This document shows positions 36,871 through 49,870 of a DNA stretch of 64,000 nt, piece by piece (the stretch's first letter is position 1; every line of letters begins with the position of its first letter). The stretch comes from Somniosus microcephalus (Eukaryota). Made by a program: the position numbers and the translations under genes. Location of the stretch: assembly GCA_052327205.1 (NCBI GenBank), contig CM126216.1:59892001-59956000 (forward strand), written 5' to 3'. The notes below the pieces were generated by a model, which made no database searches, was not told the DNA's origin, and was given only the letters and a program-made list of their open reading frames with translations.

Positions 36871-38014
36871 ACCACACAGTCCTCACTATGGTCTGGCACT
36901 TGACCAGCTTTTATTATGTTCCTTTCTTAAGCCAATGTGTAATTGTGTTTTCCAAGTGTACCAAGGTTTAACTACCTCTGACTATTGAACAAGTGAGGCT
37001 GTGGATTGTTTTCAGGGTGAATATGATTTCTGCAACACACTGACGTACCTTGGGAGGGAAGGTTTAAATATGTATAACTAATATTTCCACTACTCAAATG
37101 TCCAATATATGCACACTTTGAATACATTGAATGGATGATGAGAGAAAATACAAAGCTTGTCTTGAAAAGAGTATTGCTTTACATGGCTGAACTGGGTGAG
37201 TTTTGTTTCATTATTCCTCCATCAATTGTGTTCTCCCTTGTAATAGCCTTGTTTCCCTTAATGGGACATGTGATATGCTTATGGATCCCTCTTGTCTCTG
37301 CCACTATTAGCAAGAATTGTCTTATGGGTACTGACAAAGTTTTCCTTTTTGTAGAACAATAAAGAGGCGCATTGTATTACAAAGGCAGCTTTATGCTCGA
37401 TTTGTTTTAGGTATAGCTTTCCCCTGCTTTCATTTTAGGGTGTAATTAGATCAATTTTGTGGTACACTACAAACACTCATAACTACTAGTTTAAATCATG
37501 TGCATCCTCTGCAGTAAAATGCTTCTGTATGTAGTGTACACTTGTTTGAAGATCTTGCCTAATTTTATTATTAAAGAGACAGTACAGTCATTCTTTTTTT
37601 TGGTCTTTATAGACAGAATACTGTGCATCAGACCTACCCGACATTCTCTTTTGCTTACCTCATACTTGTCACACAGTCCTCTCTGTGTTTCAAGTGGATT
37701 CGATTGAAGACGATGGCACTGGTACTGCAGAATTCAGCAGCGTTCTTTATTCACAAGTGTGTTGGACTTCCTTTGTACAACACTTCAAACTGAATCTCTA
37801 TCTCTATTAACCCATTCAGCACCGAAAGACTTTTCTCAGCTTTCAGAATGTGCAGTCCTGTCAGTTAACTGCACATCAAGTACCTCAGGATTTTAGTATC
37901 CAGTCTCACTCTGATCTTCAGAACATGTTGCCTCTCCACTAACTCAGCCAATGGCTTTAAAGGAAAACTAAGCCTTGTTTTAAAAAAAAATTCAAGAATG
38001 TATTGTACTTTTTG

Positions 38015-38700
38015 TTGCACCCTCTCAACTTGAAGGTGCTGACTCATGCTAGGATATGGTTCTATGAGGACTGGCAGTCCTCCAGTACCTTGCCCATGTG
38101 GATATTATTCATGTGTGATCCAGACAGTGCGTGTTTGATTGACAGGGTTGCCAACTCTGGCTGGCGTATTCTTGGAGGTTTCATCAAATGAACTGCCCCA
38201 CTCAGTCAAACAGCCTTTTACCCCCTCTCCAATATTTGTACCACTCACCAACAACAGTGTTGAAAGAAAATGAAAAATCACTTTTTTTTTAATGCCCTCT
38301 GATCTTTCTCTTGGGTTGCTCATGGGATTCTCCAGGAGATTAATCTTTAAATCTTGGAACTCCAGGACAATCCTGGAGGGTTGACAATCCTATTGATTTA
38401 GTGGAGGGGGGGGGGGGCGGCGAGGAGGGGGATGGTGGCACCACAAACGATCCTGATCCTATCCTCACATTGCTTGCACATATATGAGTTTGCCAGCTTG
38501 GGAGGCACTGCATAGTGATCAGAAATAGATCCCTTGGCTGCTTTGTCCCCCTCCCTAGCTCCAGGAGACTTGGGCCAATTATGGGCTCCTTATTATTACC
38601 CTGGTTGAGGCAGCCAACTGAACACAGACCAGGACTTGAACCTGGAAATTTCCTGATCTATATGGCTCAGCTCTACACAATCAATATATTTACCCCATGA
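38015..38700 (-). mobile_element. SINE-B copy interrupted by a hAT MITE
   Basis: 'ttgaaggtgctgactcatgct...' through 'acagaccaggacttgaacctgg...atggctcag'. Confidence 0.65.
38143..38392. mobile_element. Non-autonomous hAT-type MITE (250 bp)
   Basis: TIRs CAGGGTTGCCAAC / GTTGACAATCCTA; 8-bp TSD TTGATTGA / TTGATTTA (one mismatch). Confidence 0.8.
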
Positions 38701-39236
38701 GGTCAATTTTCATCTTACCCGCCCAGTGAAAACTAGGCTGTTAAAAACAAGCTAGTTACTTACCCGTTCAGGTCCCAACCTGCAGGCGGGCTCCTTATAC
38801 ATGTTTGCAAATCGGCATCCTATTATGTCAGTAGGACCCTGATGTAATTTTAACCGGGTCCTGTGTGGGGAAGCTACCATAGCTTTCCCACTAGGCAGAA
38901 GCAGGTCTACAGCTGGTCTGAAGACAGAAGAAGCCCATGTGGTAAGTCTAAAACTTTCCTCTGTGGGGCCAAGAGGAGCAGGAAAGATCCTTCGGGCCCC
39001 ACAAAGAAAGTTGCGGCCTCCCCTGTCCCGGATTCCCCTTCCCTACAGTGTGACCCTCCCGAAACCTCCTACAACGCCACTTACCTGCAAACTGGTGAGC
39101 GGCTAAGGCCACCTGATCTTCAACTGCCGGTCACTGCTCTTTGTCCTCTTCATGCCTGTTTCATGCAGGATGTGGACCGGAGGCATTTAAACGAGGGTGG
39201 AAAAACTACTTGCCAAATTAAGTTAAAATTCACCCC
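38700..39236. mobile_element. GC-rich MITE with imperfect TIRs
   Basis: Starts 'ggtcaattttc' and ends 'aaaattcacccc'; shares 'taggaccctgat' with the 8933-9405 element. Confidence 0.55.
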
Positions 39237-40085
39237 ATTGAGTCACTTGACTATCTTGTACACTAATCTCTCTAGTACTTCATTGATTTCTATATTTCAC
39301 CAAAATATATATTTAGAATACCAAATACAGTATGAAACAATTCACATTTTAGAAATATTTCACCATAATAAAAATATTACGACATTAAACCACAGGATTT
39401 TTTCTATGTTTTACTTCCGGTAAGTGCATAATATTTAGCGGCTAACTGGTTACTCGTTTACGCCTGTTTATTTAAACTCTGACTCTTGTTGATACCTGTC
39501 GGAGGAAAGGGAGGGGGGTGGGGAGAGAGGGTATGTCTGTGTTACCAGGTGATTGAGAGAGACTCTTGCACCAGGTTGTTATTGGAGTGGTCTTCAGCTT
39601 TGTGAGATTATTGATCTATCGGTGGATAGCATACATGCCAACCTGGAAAATGAGCAAAGGCTGACCAACAGCTTTAAGAAAGCTGACACTGCCCCTTGAT
39701 GAAACTGACAACCCCAGAATGGCCCTGATGATACACCCATGACATGTGAAAACAAGTAGTTACATGGGCTCGTAACTTAAGCTGCAGGCACACCCAACAT
39801 CCCATCAGTTGAATTGGAGGGGATAAAAACATAAGTACATGGAAGGCTGAAGGGGAAATACAAATGCTGATGGTGAAAGTTGGTTCATTTTTAGGGGGCT
39901 CAGAGGCATTATTTGCTGGAATTTTTACATTTATCAATTCTGCTTAATATTAAGCACTGTTTTGCTTCACAGTGGATAGATTTTTAATCTTAAAAAAAGA
40001 AACACAAAGTGACCCCAAAGTTCTGTGGAGTGTCATCCTTGCAGTTACTCCAGGATTGTGCCCGCCCGTGCCCTCCAGCACTGAC

Positions 40086-40314
40086 TGACATAATAAAACT
40101 CACTACGCATTTGGTTTGAGTATAAAGCAAGGCTTTAATCAACTTGTTTCAGAACATGGAGGTCTAGTTGTACTTCACTAGTTCCTGTCTTACAAAATAT
40201 CCCTGGGCAAGCTGGGCCCACGCCCGAGTATTTATACTCCTTGGATGGCGCCACCAGCTGACCGTCCAGTGTTATTTCATGAGTAGTTTCTTTATGATGA
40301 TGAGATTTATAACA
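40086..40314 (-). mobile_element. Solo LTR (229 bp), same family as 23479-23705
   Basis: TG...CA ends; perfect 5-bp TSD CTGAC (40081-40085, 40315-40319); reverse complement shares 'gagtataaatactcgg...gggcccagcttgc...acaggaactagtgaag...caactagacctccat...gttgattaaagc'. Confidence 0.85.
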
Positions 40315-42277
40315 CTGACCACATTGGAGCGTGCGGAGTCAGTGGAAAGGCACCTCATCTGCATGGAGCTGGTGGGCACCTGCACTACTATGGTGCACCT
40401 CTGGCATCCGCCGGTCTCTTGCGGCCAGAAAACCCAGCGCTTGGATGCCATCGGAGAAGGAGGGTGTGGAGAGAGGTACCTATAATTCCTCACCCCCAAG
40501 ACCCCATGGAGCCCTCCTTGAACTCCCCATGTAAAGGAAACAATCCAATTTTTTTTCTCAAAAAATCCCCCCAGATTGACTTGTTTTTCAGGGGTCCAGG
40601 CCATCTCCCTTGCCTGGAACCCAACTCTGGTGGTGCCCAGTTGTACCCTTCTGTAGGCTGGTATGCCTCATCTCTCTCACCATGGTTCGATCTCTGGTCT
40701 GTGCTGTTAGCTGGTATTACAGTTGGCCCAGATTCTTGGGCTAGGGAAGAGTGAAAAATCAGCCAGGATTCCCACTCCTCTATGCTAAGTCCTCAGAAAT
40801 TTTAGAACTATGATATAAAGTATGTTGAGATGGTGCCAACCAAGGAATAGGTTATGGGTGTCTCCAAACTACAAGCTCTGTAAATTAAAACACTAGGTGG
40901 ACACAGTGCAGATTAACTAAAAATGATAATTTTCTCTTTAAATGACAAACATCAGACATTTCAACATCAAATATGAAGCAGATGTGGCCTTTTCATAACA
41001 ATATTCTGTTAACAAACCCAGCACAAGCCTAACGTTGTAATTTTGACAGTCAATAATATGAATCACGTCTTTTTATCCACAGGCTGGAAAATTACTTTTT
41101 TTAAATTCTCTTGAAGACTGGTTGAGCTCAATTTATCTTGACCCTTTCCTTGTTGTTTTTGAAGGTTACATGTGTGTGGCACAGTTTTAATTCAATTGGT
41201 GTTTGTGTATGAGCTCAGGTGCGGTCTCCTTCTGAGTGGGTAAAGACAACATGCAGAAAATGATGACGCGGTTGAGTTTCTCTCGCTGTGTAAAGTTTGG
41301 GGAGGGGGGATTAATTCCATCTCTCTCTTTAAACAAATCATAATAAACAATGGTTTCCCTCAACCTTTAAACACTGCCAACCTATTGTGGCTTTTAGGTG
41401 CAGTACTGTGCTCCCGTTGTTACTGAAAATGCTGCCTATGTAAAATTCTCTTCAGCACTGCATTAGGAGCGGAGTAATAATACCAATGCCGATATAAGCA
41501 GATGTTTTCCATCATTTTAGGACTAGGGGGTCATTGATCCCTTATTAATTAGGAGAGTAAATCAGTCTACTTGGACAGTGGACCATGGAGTGATGTTATG
41601 TAGGGTTGCTCCTCATGATTCTCCAATAAGATGAGTTCAGCCAACTGCTGCGTCTGTCTTGGGGTGGAGATGAAAATTGTTGGGGGTGGGGGGGGTTGTG
41701 GGGAGAGCAAAAACTGTCAAACTGATTGTGAGGTGCTTCCCAGAGGTAAAATCTGAGGATCCTTATGGGGCAAATTGATCTCAGTATTATTTGCAATGAA
41801 CATGTTACTGCATTGGTGAGAAGTTCCTTTCTGTGCTATTTTGATGCATTCATTAACCCATTTAAAGTAAACGGGTTAACACATACTTTACAATAAGATA
41901 CAAAGGAATTTCCTATGAACGCATTGTTACAAATATAACAGAACAATTTCATCCCTTAAGATTGCTCATGCACTGCCAATGGAGTGATAGTAAAATAAAT
42001 GCTTGGGAATGGGCCTGGGAATTAAGAGAAGCTAGAGGAGGAGAAGGAAAATATCTTAGGAAAAGGGGGTAGAAATCTCAAGAACATACCCATCAATATA
42101 TTCCTATTAGCATCACTTGGTGCAGATTATTGTGCTTTTATCTTTTGTACTGACAGAATCTCTCTACTCATTGAATGGGCTGGAGAATTCACTGGAGTTA
42201 TTTTTTTTTATATTTTTGCTTCGGTAAGGGCTCGTCCCACCCGTTATTATACATTGGTATTGGTTCTGTGACTTTTA

Positions 42278-42946
42278 GGGGGGAAAATTGAGTCGCGCCC
42301 CCTTTGGGGTGTTAACTTCGCCCTGAAAAAATTAGCACCTCTGCGGCCGAAATTCATTGGTAGTGTCCCAAGAGGTGCTACTTTAAGTACCCTGCTTCAC
42401 TCTTGGAGCGCAGTGAGTGAATATCGTGGTGCTGCGGCACGTCGCGCCGTGGTACTGTAGGCCTTGCGCAGCGCAACCCAGGGCCCAGCTGGGCCACCAG
42501 GGATCGGAGTGCTGGCAGGAGAGCCCGGCACTCAAGAGAAGTGCCGGGCTCATGGAGCGCAGCCGGCACTCCACGGGAGGGCTGGTCAGGAGGCCGGGGT
42601 CGACAATGGGGGCAGGTGCTGGCAGGCGGCCAGCAACAAAAATGGCCGCCTGGCACCTCCCCTTTAATTAGCGCCGCCCCGGCTGCAGGTATGCCCCCCT
42701 GACCCCGTCGGACATAGCGTTCGGTGGTAAGTTAGGGGGCGTTACTGAAGATCGCAGCCGGGGCGCGACTGGGACGCTGCGCATGGCAATGATGTCATCG
42801 CCAGCGGTGCAGTGCCGCGGGGTGCTAACGGTTACCGCCGCCACTAACCTCCCGCTGAATTTCGCGGGAGACGTTGGCGGTGCCGTGCCCGGGCGCTAGT
42901 TGCTAGGGTGCTAATGGGAGATGCAAAGCAACCGAATTTTCAGGCC
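42278..42946. mobile_element. Uninterrupted GC-rich MITE (about 670 bp), Harbinger-like
   Basis: Ends GGGGGGAAAATT and AATTTTCAGGCC; internal hairpins; homologous to 33852-36276. Confidence 0.8.
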
Positions 42947-43280
42947 TATGTTCACATACAGTAGAATAGTCAAAAGGAGTTTCTCTACATTAACACCACA
43001 AAAGTGAAATAAGAGAAACAAACAACATACTGTAACTGCACCAATGTTAAAATATAGTTCATCTACATAACTAGCAGTTTGCTCTCAGTGAAAGAAATCT
43101 TCTCCCTTCTGCTGTCTCTTTGGTTAAAGTGACCTGATGAATACAGAGGGTTTACAGGCTTGTTTTCAAATGGGTTTCAGGAGGAGCCAGGAATAACCTA
43201 TTCTGAATACTCGACTCCAACACCTGCCAACATGGGCTACCAGGAAATACTTGCGTAACACGGTTTTATGTTAGATTCAA

Positions 43281-43427
43281 GGGATATAATTTTGACTTTA
43301 GGCGATTGTGTAAAACGGGCGATATCGGATCAGCCACCCGTTATGCACCTCTCCACAGATAGTGTATAATGGGCGGCTGATCCGATATCGCCTGTTTTAC
43401 ATGATCGCCTAAAGTCAAAATCACCCC
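43281..43427. mobile_element. 147-bp near-perfect palindromic MITE
   Basis: 'attttgactttaggcgat...gcgatatcggatcagcc' is inverted as 'ggctgatccgatatcgc...atcgcctaaagtcaaaat'; flanked by CAA/CAA. Confidence 0.85.
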
Positions 43428-43924
43428 CAAGATGTTTTCTGAGGAGATACAGTAATGATAGGATTATGTCATTTGCGCCATCAGTCATATCACTCCACTT
43501 TAAACTTGCAAGATAATTTACCACACAACAAGGCTCGTACAACACTTAAAATCCAACCCCTCACCAGTTTGGGAATGCATTCTTGATCAAAGTGATTAGT
43601 TTCTTAAGACATGACTATATCCTCTGGCCCAGGGTGATATTTTCACCATATAAGATTCACCACAGTGTAACTCAAAAATGATGTGCCATGCACACAAAGC
43701 AATGCCTTAGCTGCATTGTATCCAGGGCCAAGTAATGGCTTGTTCATTTCAAACCAGCATGGTGCCATGTTTCAAACAGCAGAGAGTCACAAAGTGACAC
43801 ACGGCAAACTCAAACTGACATCATTAGGAGCTGATTGCTGGGGTTAGATCACTCAGAAAGACATTGTGCATGATTTCATCACCTGTCAGTTACGGGTGTT
43901 TCACACTCGTAAAATAAAAGCACC

Positions 43925-43984
43925 GTAATTAACCTTTACCGTTGTGTAATTAACCTTTACCAATGTGTAATTAACCTTTACCGT
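43925..43984. repeat. 21-bp tandem repeat x3 (gtaattaacctttacc core)
   Basis: Core recurs at 43925, 43946 and 43967. Confidence 0.9.
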
Positions 43985-44559
43985 AGAGCACTGGCCAATT
44001 TCTTTTATTTACATTTATTACTGGCGATAGAAGATGAAATAGAATGGTGGCAGTCGGGGGGGGGTGGTAGAGGGGGTGGGCGGTGGTGAAGGAGGATGTG
44101 GGCTGCTTGGTGTCCCCTGTGCATATATTGACACAACTTAATTTGCTTTAAGCTGCACTGTTACTTTTCTGAGCATGTGTCAATTTTGTATATTTCAATT
44201 TCAAGTCAGTTTCATAGATTCAGCTTTCTAACTGTTACTTCAGCGTAGGTATGCTCATTTTCACTTTTAAAAAAACCCTGAAATCCAATGGTTATGTCAG
44301 TTCAGTGACTGATAAGGTGTGGATCGGCAGTCATCATTTCTCACAAGTGAGTTCCTGATCTCAGGTGGTTTGTCGGGTGGTGAGGAAGTGTTTGTGTTGA
44401 ATGAAGAGTGACATTCCCAGTGGCCTCAAACTTGGTTACTGCCTGCACTCTTAGTCAGGAGGATGACTTGTGACATTGGTCAGAATGGAAGGAAGCCAAA
44501 GCAATAATTGTAAGTGTAACCCTTAAAGGGACAAACCAGCTTAAAACACAGCAGAATAC

Positions 44560-45400
44560 ATTGTGTGTGACATGGTACAATAGTAATGTGAGTTTAAACT
44601 GCGTATCATCTAATTTACCATGACCAATACCACAGGAGATCCACTAGTAATATATTAGAAACAGCACAGCAGTGTTTACCAAGTGTCACACTCTGTTACA
44701 TATACAAAACAGCCAATCTGAAAAGAAGAGAAAAAACACCAGTTACTGAATGCTGGGTGCACCTGACCTGGACCCAAAACTAACAGGCACGTTACAATTA
44801 GCAAATTTCCTGACTGAACAACAATTGAACTCTAAATGATCTGAGCGTGTGTTTACTTAACAACAATCAGACTTTGTTGCCTTAAGGAAACAAGGGCTCT
44901 ACTTTATCAAAATATTACGTTGTGTATTGCATGGCACAAAGCGGCTCTCATAACGGAGCACCTCATCTGCCTAGCTGTGAGCAACACCATGGGAGACTGG
45001 CTAGTAATATATTGAAAATGGCAACGCAGTAGGCAAAGCTCACTCTCCGGACGTCACACTCCAGACGTCCTACACCAGGCGTCATACATTGTTACAGACA
45101 CAAAATAATCTTGATAAAACTAGGTGCTCCTGATGTGTACTTCTCACATGCAGCCTGAACCTGACAAGCACATTATGATCTGCAAAGTTTCCTGGACAAA
45201 CACCAATTAAAATCTGAATAATGTGTGTCTCTGTTTACTTAACAATAATTAGGCTCTGTAGCCTTAAAAGGTCTCCGTTGCACCTTAACAGAATGATAAC
45301 TTGTGGATTACATGGTATAACACTTCTACCCTTGTAAAAGAGTTTAGCACTTTATTTACTGTGTGCAACACCATGGGAAATCTACCAGTATATAAAACCA
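44560..45400. repeat. Ancient tandem duplication, unit about 360-385 bp, just over two copies
   Basis: 'ctagtaatatatt' at 44644/45001; 'tgtttacttaacaa' at 44850/45232; 'caacaccatggga' at 44982/45366. Confidence 0.75.
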
Positions 45401-45444
45401 ATCCAGATACATTTTTTTATGTGTACTCACTCACTTCTATACTC

Positions 45445-45820
45445 TTAAATCCTCTCATGGAGGTGCTGACTCATGCTGGTATACAATTTCATGGGTGCTG
45501 GCTGGCTGGAAGTATTTTTCCTAAATTTTTCCTTTTTCTGAATGAGCCCAGAGATTGACTGTCGGCAGGTTAGTCAACCATTGGGGGCTATCGCGGGTGA
45601 GTCTGATCCTTTTGCCACCTGGTGTCCACACTTAAGCACTTTATGGTAGTGGACAATGGCCGGCAGTGTGAATCATGGCTGACTTTTGCTGCCTTAGGAG
45701 AGGGGCGCTAAAGCCAATTGTAGCACTTGCTCAAGTGGCCGGACTGAGATCGACTGACTCAGCACAGATCAGGCAACGAACCTGCTCCGTATGGCTCAGT
45801 ACCATACTGGGTGGTGCACG
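45445..45820 (-). mobile_element. SINE-B copy
   Basis: 'ggaggtgctgactcatgctgg...ccaattgtagcac...actcagcacaga...tatggctcagtacca'. Confidence 0.7.
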
Positions 45821-46079
45821 TCCCAAGGCACCGGGGACCTGTGGAATGGTGTTTATATTGAATTGTAGACGTGTGCAGTTTCTTTGCCACAAGTAGTGGA
45901 AACAAAGGCAGCAGCCAGCTGCCACAATGTATTTCAGCAGTTGCAGTTTTCACGCTGATGTGTTTGAACTTTTAGAAAAAGAAATTCAATATAAAAAATT
46001 CAGTTACAGCCTATCATAAATATCTTGCCAGCATTACTGAGCCAATTGCTGTTCTCTGTGTTCTTTTATTGTGATTCTA

Positions 46080-46545
46080 CCCAGCCCTTTTCCCAACCCT
46101 ACCTTGCCTGCTCTCTCTCCTTTTTGTCTTCCCATTGCAACTTTGCTTGCTCCCCCATCTTGACCCTGCCTGTTCTCCCATTTCCCCTCTAAACACAACC
46201 TTTCTCCATCCTCCCCCTTATTTTAACCATGCCCAAGCACCTCTCTTTTTCCCTTCAGCCAGCACTGCTCCCCTGTCCCCTAACACAATTCCCTCTGCCC
46301 ACCTCCCCACCCCACCCCCCTCCACCCCACCCCAGGCCTGTCCTCCATCCAGACTCTCCCTGGGCTTCCTCTTTTCTCCCCACTAATCTGATCCTGCCCA
46401 TCCAGTTCACTGCTGGCCTGTACCTTTCCCTCCTCCCTTTAATGTACCCATCCTCTAAAACGGCTTGGCTCTCACCCATCCCTCTCCACGAACATGACCC
46501 TTCACCCCTACCTTGATTCCGCCTGGTCTCTTCTCCCCTCTGCCA
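46080..46545. repeat. C/T-rich low-complexity tract
   Basis: Strong pyrimidine bias; explains the Pro-rich spurious ORFs. Confidence 0.7.
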
Positions 46546-47619
46546 TCTGTATTTTTGGGGCTCTTAAATGTTGGCTAGTATGATTAGGGCGGGAGTATAA
46601 AAGGGCAGAAATGCGTGGAAAAAGTGATCGCTTTTAAAGTGTGCAGCTTGGTTCAGAGGTTTCGCTTTTTAACTCAGAGAGTGTAATGGTCACCTGGCAG
46701 CAAGTCATTAGCATTTCCCGCAGCCCCTCGCTCCTCACAAAAAAAATCCGCGCCACATGCTAATTAGAGGTTTTGAAACTAAGCAACCTGTGTAAAATCA
46801 GACATTTTAATTTGCAGGTTTAATGGCTGTATTATGATAACTGGCTTTGAAATGCGCTTCTCGTGTTCCATCAGTGTAGACCAGATTAACAGAGGCTGAC
46901 AAAATTAAAAACCTTACAATGTGACCTTTGCCTGGGATAAAAGGCTGTTTCATAACAATTTCCTTTTGTTCTTTGTTTGAGCTATTACTCCAAAAGGAGA
47001 CTCCATTTAATCTAAGTAAATGCATCATTACAGGCCTAATCCATGTCCTTCTGTCAATGTCTGCTTTAATTAAATGAGAAATGCCGGCAGAAAGATCTCA
47101 CACACAAGGCTATGATTGGAGTGGGAAAGACTGGATGATCAGACCTAGATTAAACTGAGATTTCACTTAATTGTTTTTTTTTGCATCCTCTCGCTTAGCT
47201 GCTAATTTAGCGCGTAAAAGGCTCTTGGGTCTAGCTGCTTAAACAATGGCTATTTCACTTATTTTTTGTTGCTTTTTCCCTTGCATATGGGTGATAAATA
47301 AAACTGGGTGGGAGTGTGTTGAGAGTGCAACACAATCAAAAGTTTCAGGTTATGTCATGAACTGAGGCCACTGTCTGAAGACCAGTATCTCTGAAACAGG
47401 CTATAGCCTGAAACACAGCTGCAATGTTTGTAATAAAATACATGTGGTCCTTGTGGACAACTGGAAAAGGTGGTTTTATTGAAAAGGAATCCATAACGTT
47501 TTACCAGGACAGTGACTATCCCCTATATATTTAAGTTAGAGAGAAAGTCCACAAATGAACAGAGTCTGAACATCTTTAACAATGAAGATACTTCAGTGTT
47601 TTTCAAACCTTTCTCTGTG

Positions 47620-47950
47620 GATAACCCCTGTTAATATCGCCATACTGCTAAAAACCCCTTGTAAATATTGATTGATTCCCAGAGAGGCCCTGAAAGCATC
47701 AGCAAGTTTCTGGGACCAACCCTGCTAATATCGATATGCTCCTGAGGGCCTTCTGAAAATATCGGTACCATTCCCGGACCGTCTGTAAATATTACCATTT
47801 TCGCAGCAAACCTTGAAAAACCTGATGTACTCCCAGGGACCCCCTATGAATAGTGATACACTTATCAGGACACCCTGAAAAAACTGACAAGCTCTCAGGG
47901 AACCGCTGAGAATATTAGCACACTTCCGAGGACCCTGTTGAAATATTGAC
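47620..47950. repeat. Degenerate 31-bp tandem array (about 11 units)
   Basis: 'accc(c)tg..aatat(t/c)g' recurs with about 31-bp spacing. Confidence 0.7.
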
Positions 47951-48199
47951 ACCTTCTATGGCAGGAGGGCCCTCCCATCTCCCATCTCTTGGAATAGTTC
48001 CCCCTTTTCTGAGCTAGCTTTGTCCCCTTCCCCTTTCCATTTGCTTCTTTCTTAATTAAATTATGTAAAATAAACTAAAAATTGTCCGACCCAAGAGGAC
48101 TTCCTTCTACCCCTGTTCCTGGTGACTCTGCAAATAATGGCTTGCCGTGGGGATCTCCTTGAAACACTGAACCCAGGGACCACTGCCCTAATTCTTGAA

Positions 48200-49030
48200 A
48201 TATGTTTTGGGCGGTGGGCAGTGGTGTGAGTTTAAAAACTGCTCCGCGCTCCAGAATGAAGCCAGGGTATTTTAATTCCTAGGCCTCATTTAATCCCGCC
48301 TGCCAACTTCCCACCTGGATCAGGTGGGAATTTGGTGGGAAGCAGCAGCAGAAAATCAAATGGCCCAGAAGCCACCAGCTGACACCAGGTAGGTGGCGGG
48401 ATAGGCTGCAGGGGCCGTCTCTTGAAGGACTCCTACACTTTCCTTCTGCGGCCCTCAGTTTAACGTTTCATTCCGTCTTTCGGATGAGCTGTTAAACTGA
48501 GGCCCCATCTGCCCTTTTAGGCAGACGTGAAAGATCCCATGGTACTATTTTGAAGAAGAGCAGGGGAGTTCACCCTGGCCAACATTTATCTTTCAACCAA
48601 CATCACTAAAACAGATTATGTGGTCATTATCTCATTACTGTTTGAGACCTTGCTGTGCGCAAATTAGGTGTCACGGTTCCTACATTACAACAGTGACAAC
48701 AATTCAAAAATACTTTATTGGCTGTAAAGTCCTTAGTCAAGTTTTGGGGCCTTGTTACAAACGCTAGCAGGACTCACACCAGCTCTTGGCTGGTGTGAGC
48801 ATCGCTGATGCCCAATGAGGGCATAAGATTTGCGGGAAAGCCTGAGAATGCTGCCTCGCATACCCACTTTGATGTAGGAGAGGCCGGCAGAAGACCCATC
48901 CATGGCCCGCCTGCCAGAATTGCCGGCAATTAAAAAGAAAACAGGGTGGAATCCCAGCAGAACCAGGTTCTGCCCCAAATTCTGGCTTGCAGGCTCTCCA
49001 TCCTTGATCTGGGCTGGAATTTCAGGACCT
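48200..49030. mobile_element. GC-rich MITE interrupted by a SINE
   Basis: 'ggcctcatttaa' internal motif; end 'aatttcaggacc'; SINE fragment at 48472-48730. Left boundary uncertain. Confidence 0.45.
48472..48730 (+). mobile_element. Deu-domain SINE fragment (SacSINE1-like)
   Basis: 'ccgtctttcggatgag...aagatcccatgg...gaagaagagcagggg...ggctgtaaag'. Confidence 0.85.
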
Positions 49031-49564
49031 TTGTGTTTATTTAATAGAGGAAGTGTTACAAATAAGGAAATGCTTTAAAAAGAATTGTGTGCGTGTGCGT
49101 TGAGGGGAGAAGCATCTCACAAGACAATGTAATTATAGGAAAGGGACCATCTCCCTTTTGTTAGCCTGCTCTGCTGCAAGTCGAAGTATCCCAATATATC
49201 GCCTCTGCCATTTCAAGAAAGCTGAAATAACTTTTTAAACAAAAATTCCGTCGATAAAGCAGGTTGTGTAGTTTTGACCTGTGCAGCGTCTTCAACTGGC
49301 GAGCAAAGAAGGGAATGTTGTCTCTTTGAGGCTTTTACATATTTTTCAAATGCGCATTCACAATGGAGTCAGGAAAACAGGATTGATAAATTCAGCAGTT
49401 TGGTCGAACTATTTATCACCGTCAGTCACTCCTTATTTACCAAATACACACTGAGGGTGCGTGGAATATCCTTTAACATCGGTGACTATGTCAATAAATG
49501 CACACGACATTTTGTTTTTTCTGGTAACTCTAGATTTGACTATCACCGTAATAGAGATGTAAGT

Positions 49565-49870
49565 ACGAGGGCCTCAGCTGGGGAAGCAGTGGGGATGCTG
49601 GAACAATTCTTTGTGTCACCAGATGACGGAAAGAAAAAATTGGCCAATGTTCCCACTTCTGATTGCTAACCATTGACCTTTACTGGAAACGCATGCAGAT
49701 GCTGTTCGTGGACAGGATTGAGTTTGGCTGCGATGCTTTTCGCAGTTGAATAGCCCTCCACTCATTTTGTAGGCATGCATCGTAAAGAACGACCATATGA
49801 GGGAATTACTAGAGGGTCACGCGGCCCATGGAACTGTACCTCGCCACTGACCATCAGAAGAGGAAGGGTA
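49565..49870 (+). mobile_element. SINE-B copy
   Basis: 'ggacaggattgagtttggctgcgatgc...gaatagcc...cccatggaactgtacc'. Confidence 0.6.

Noticed and set aside
38863-39423. 186-aa ORF
   Set aside because: Spans a MITE boundary into AT-rich DNA; composition shifts abruptly; no domain.
46135-46516. Proline-rich ORFs
   Set aside because: Product of C/T low-complexity sequence.
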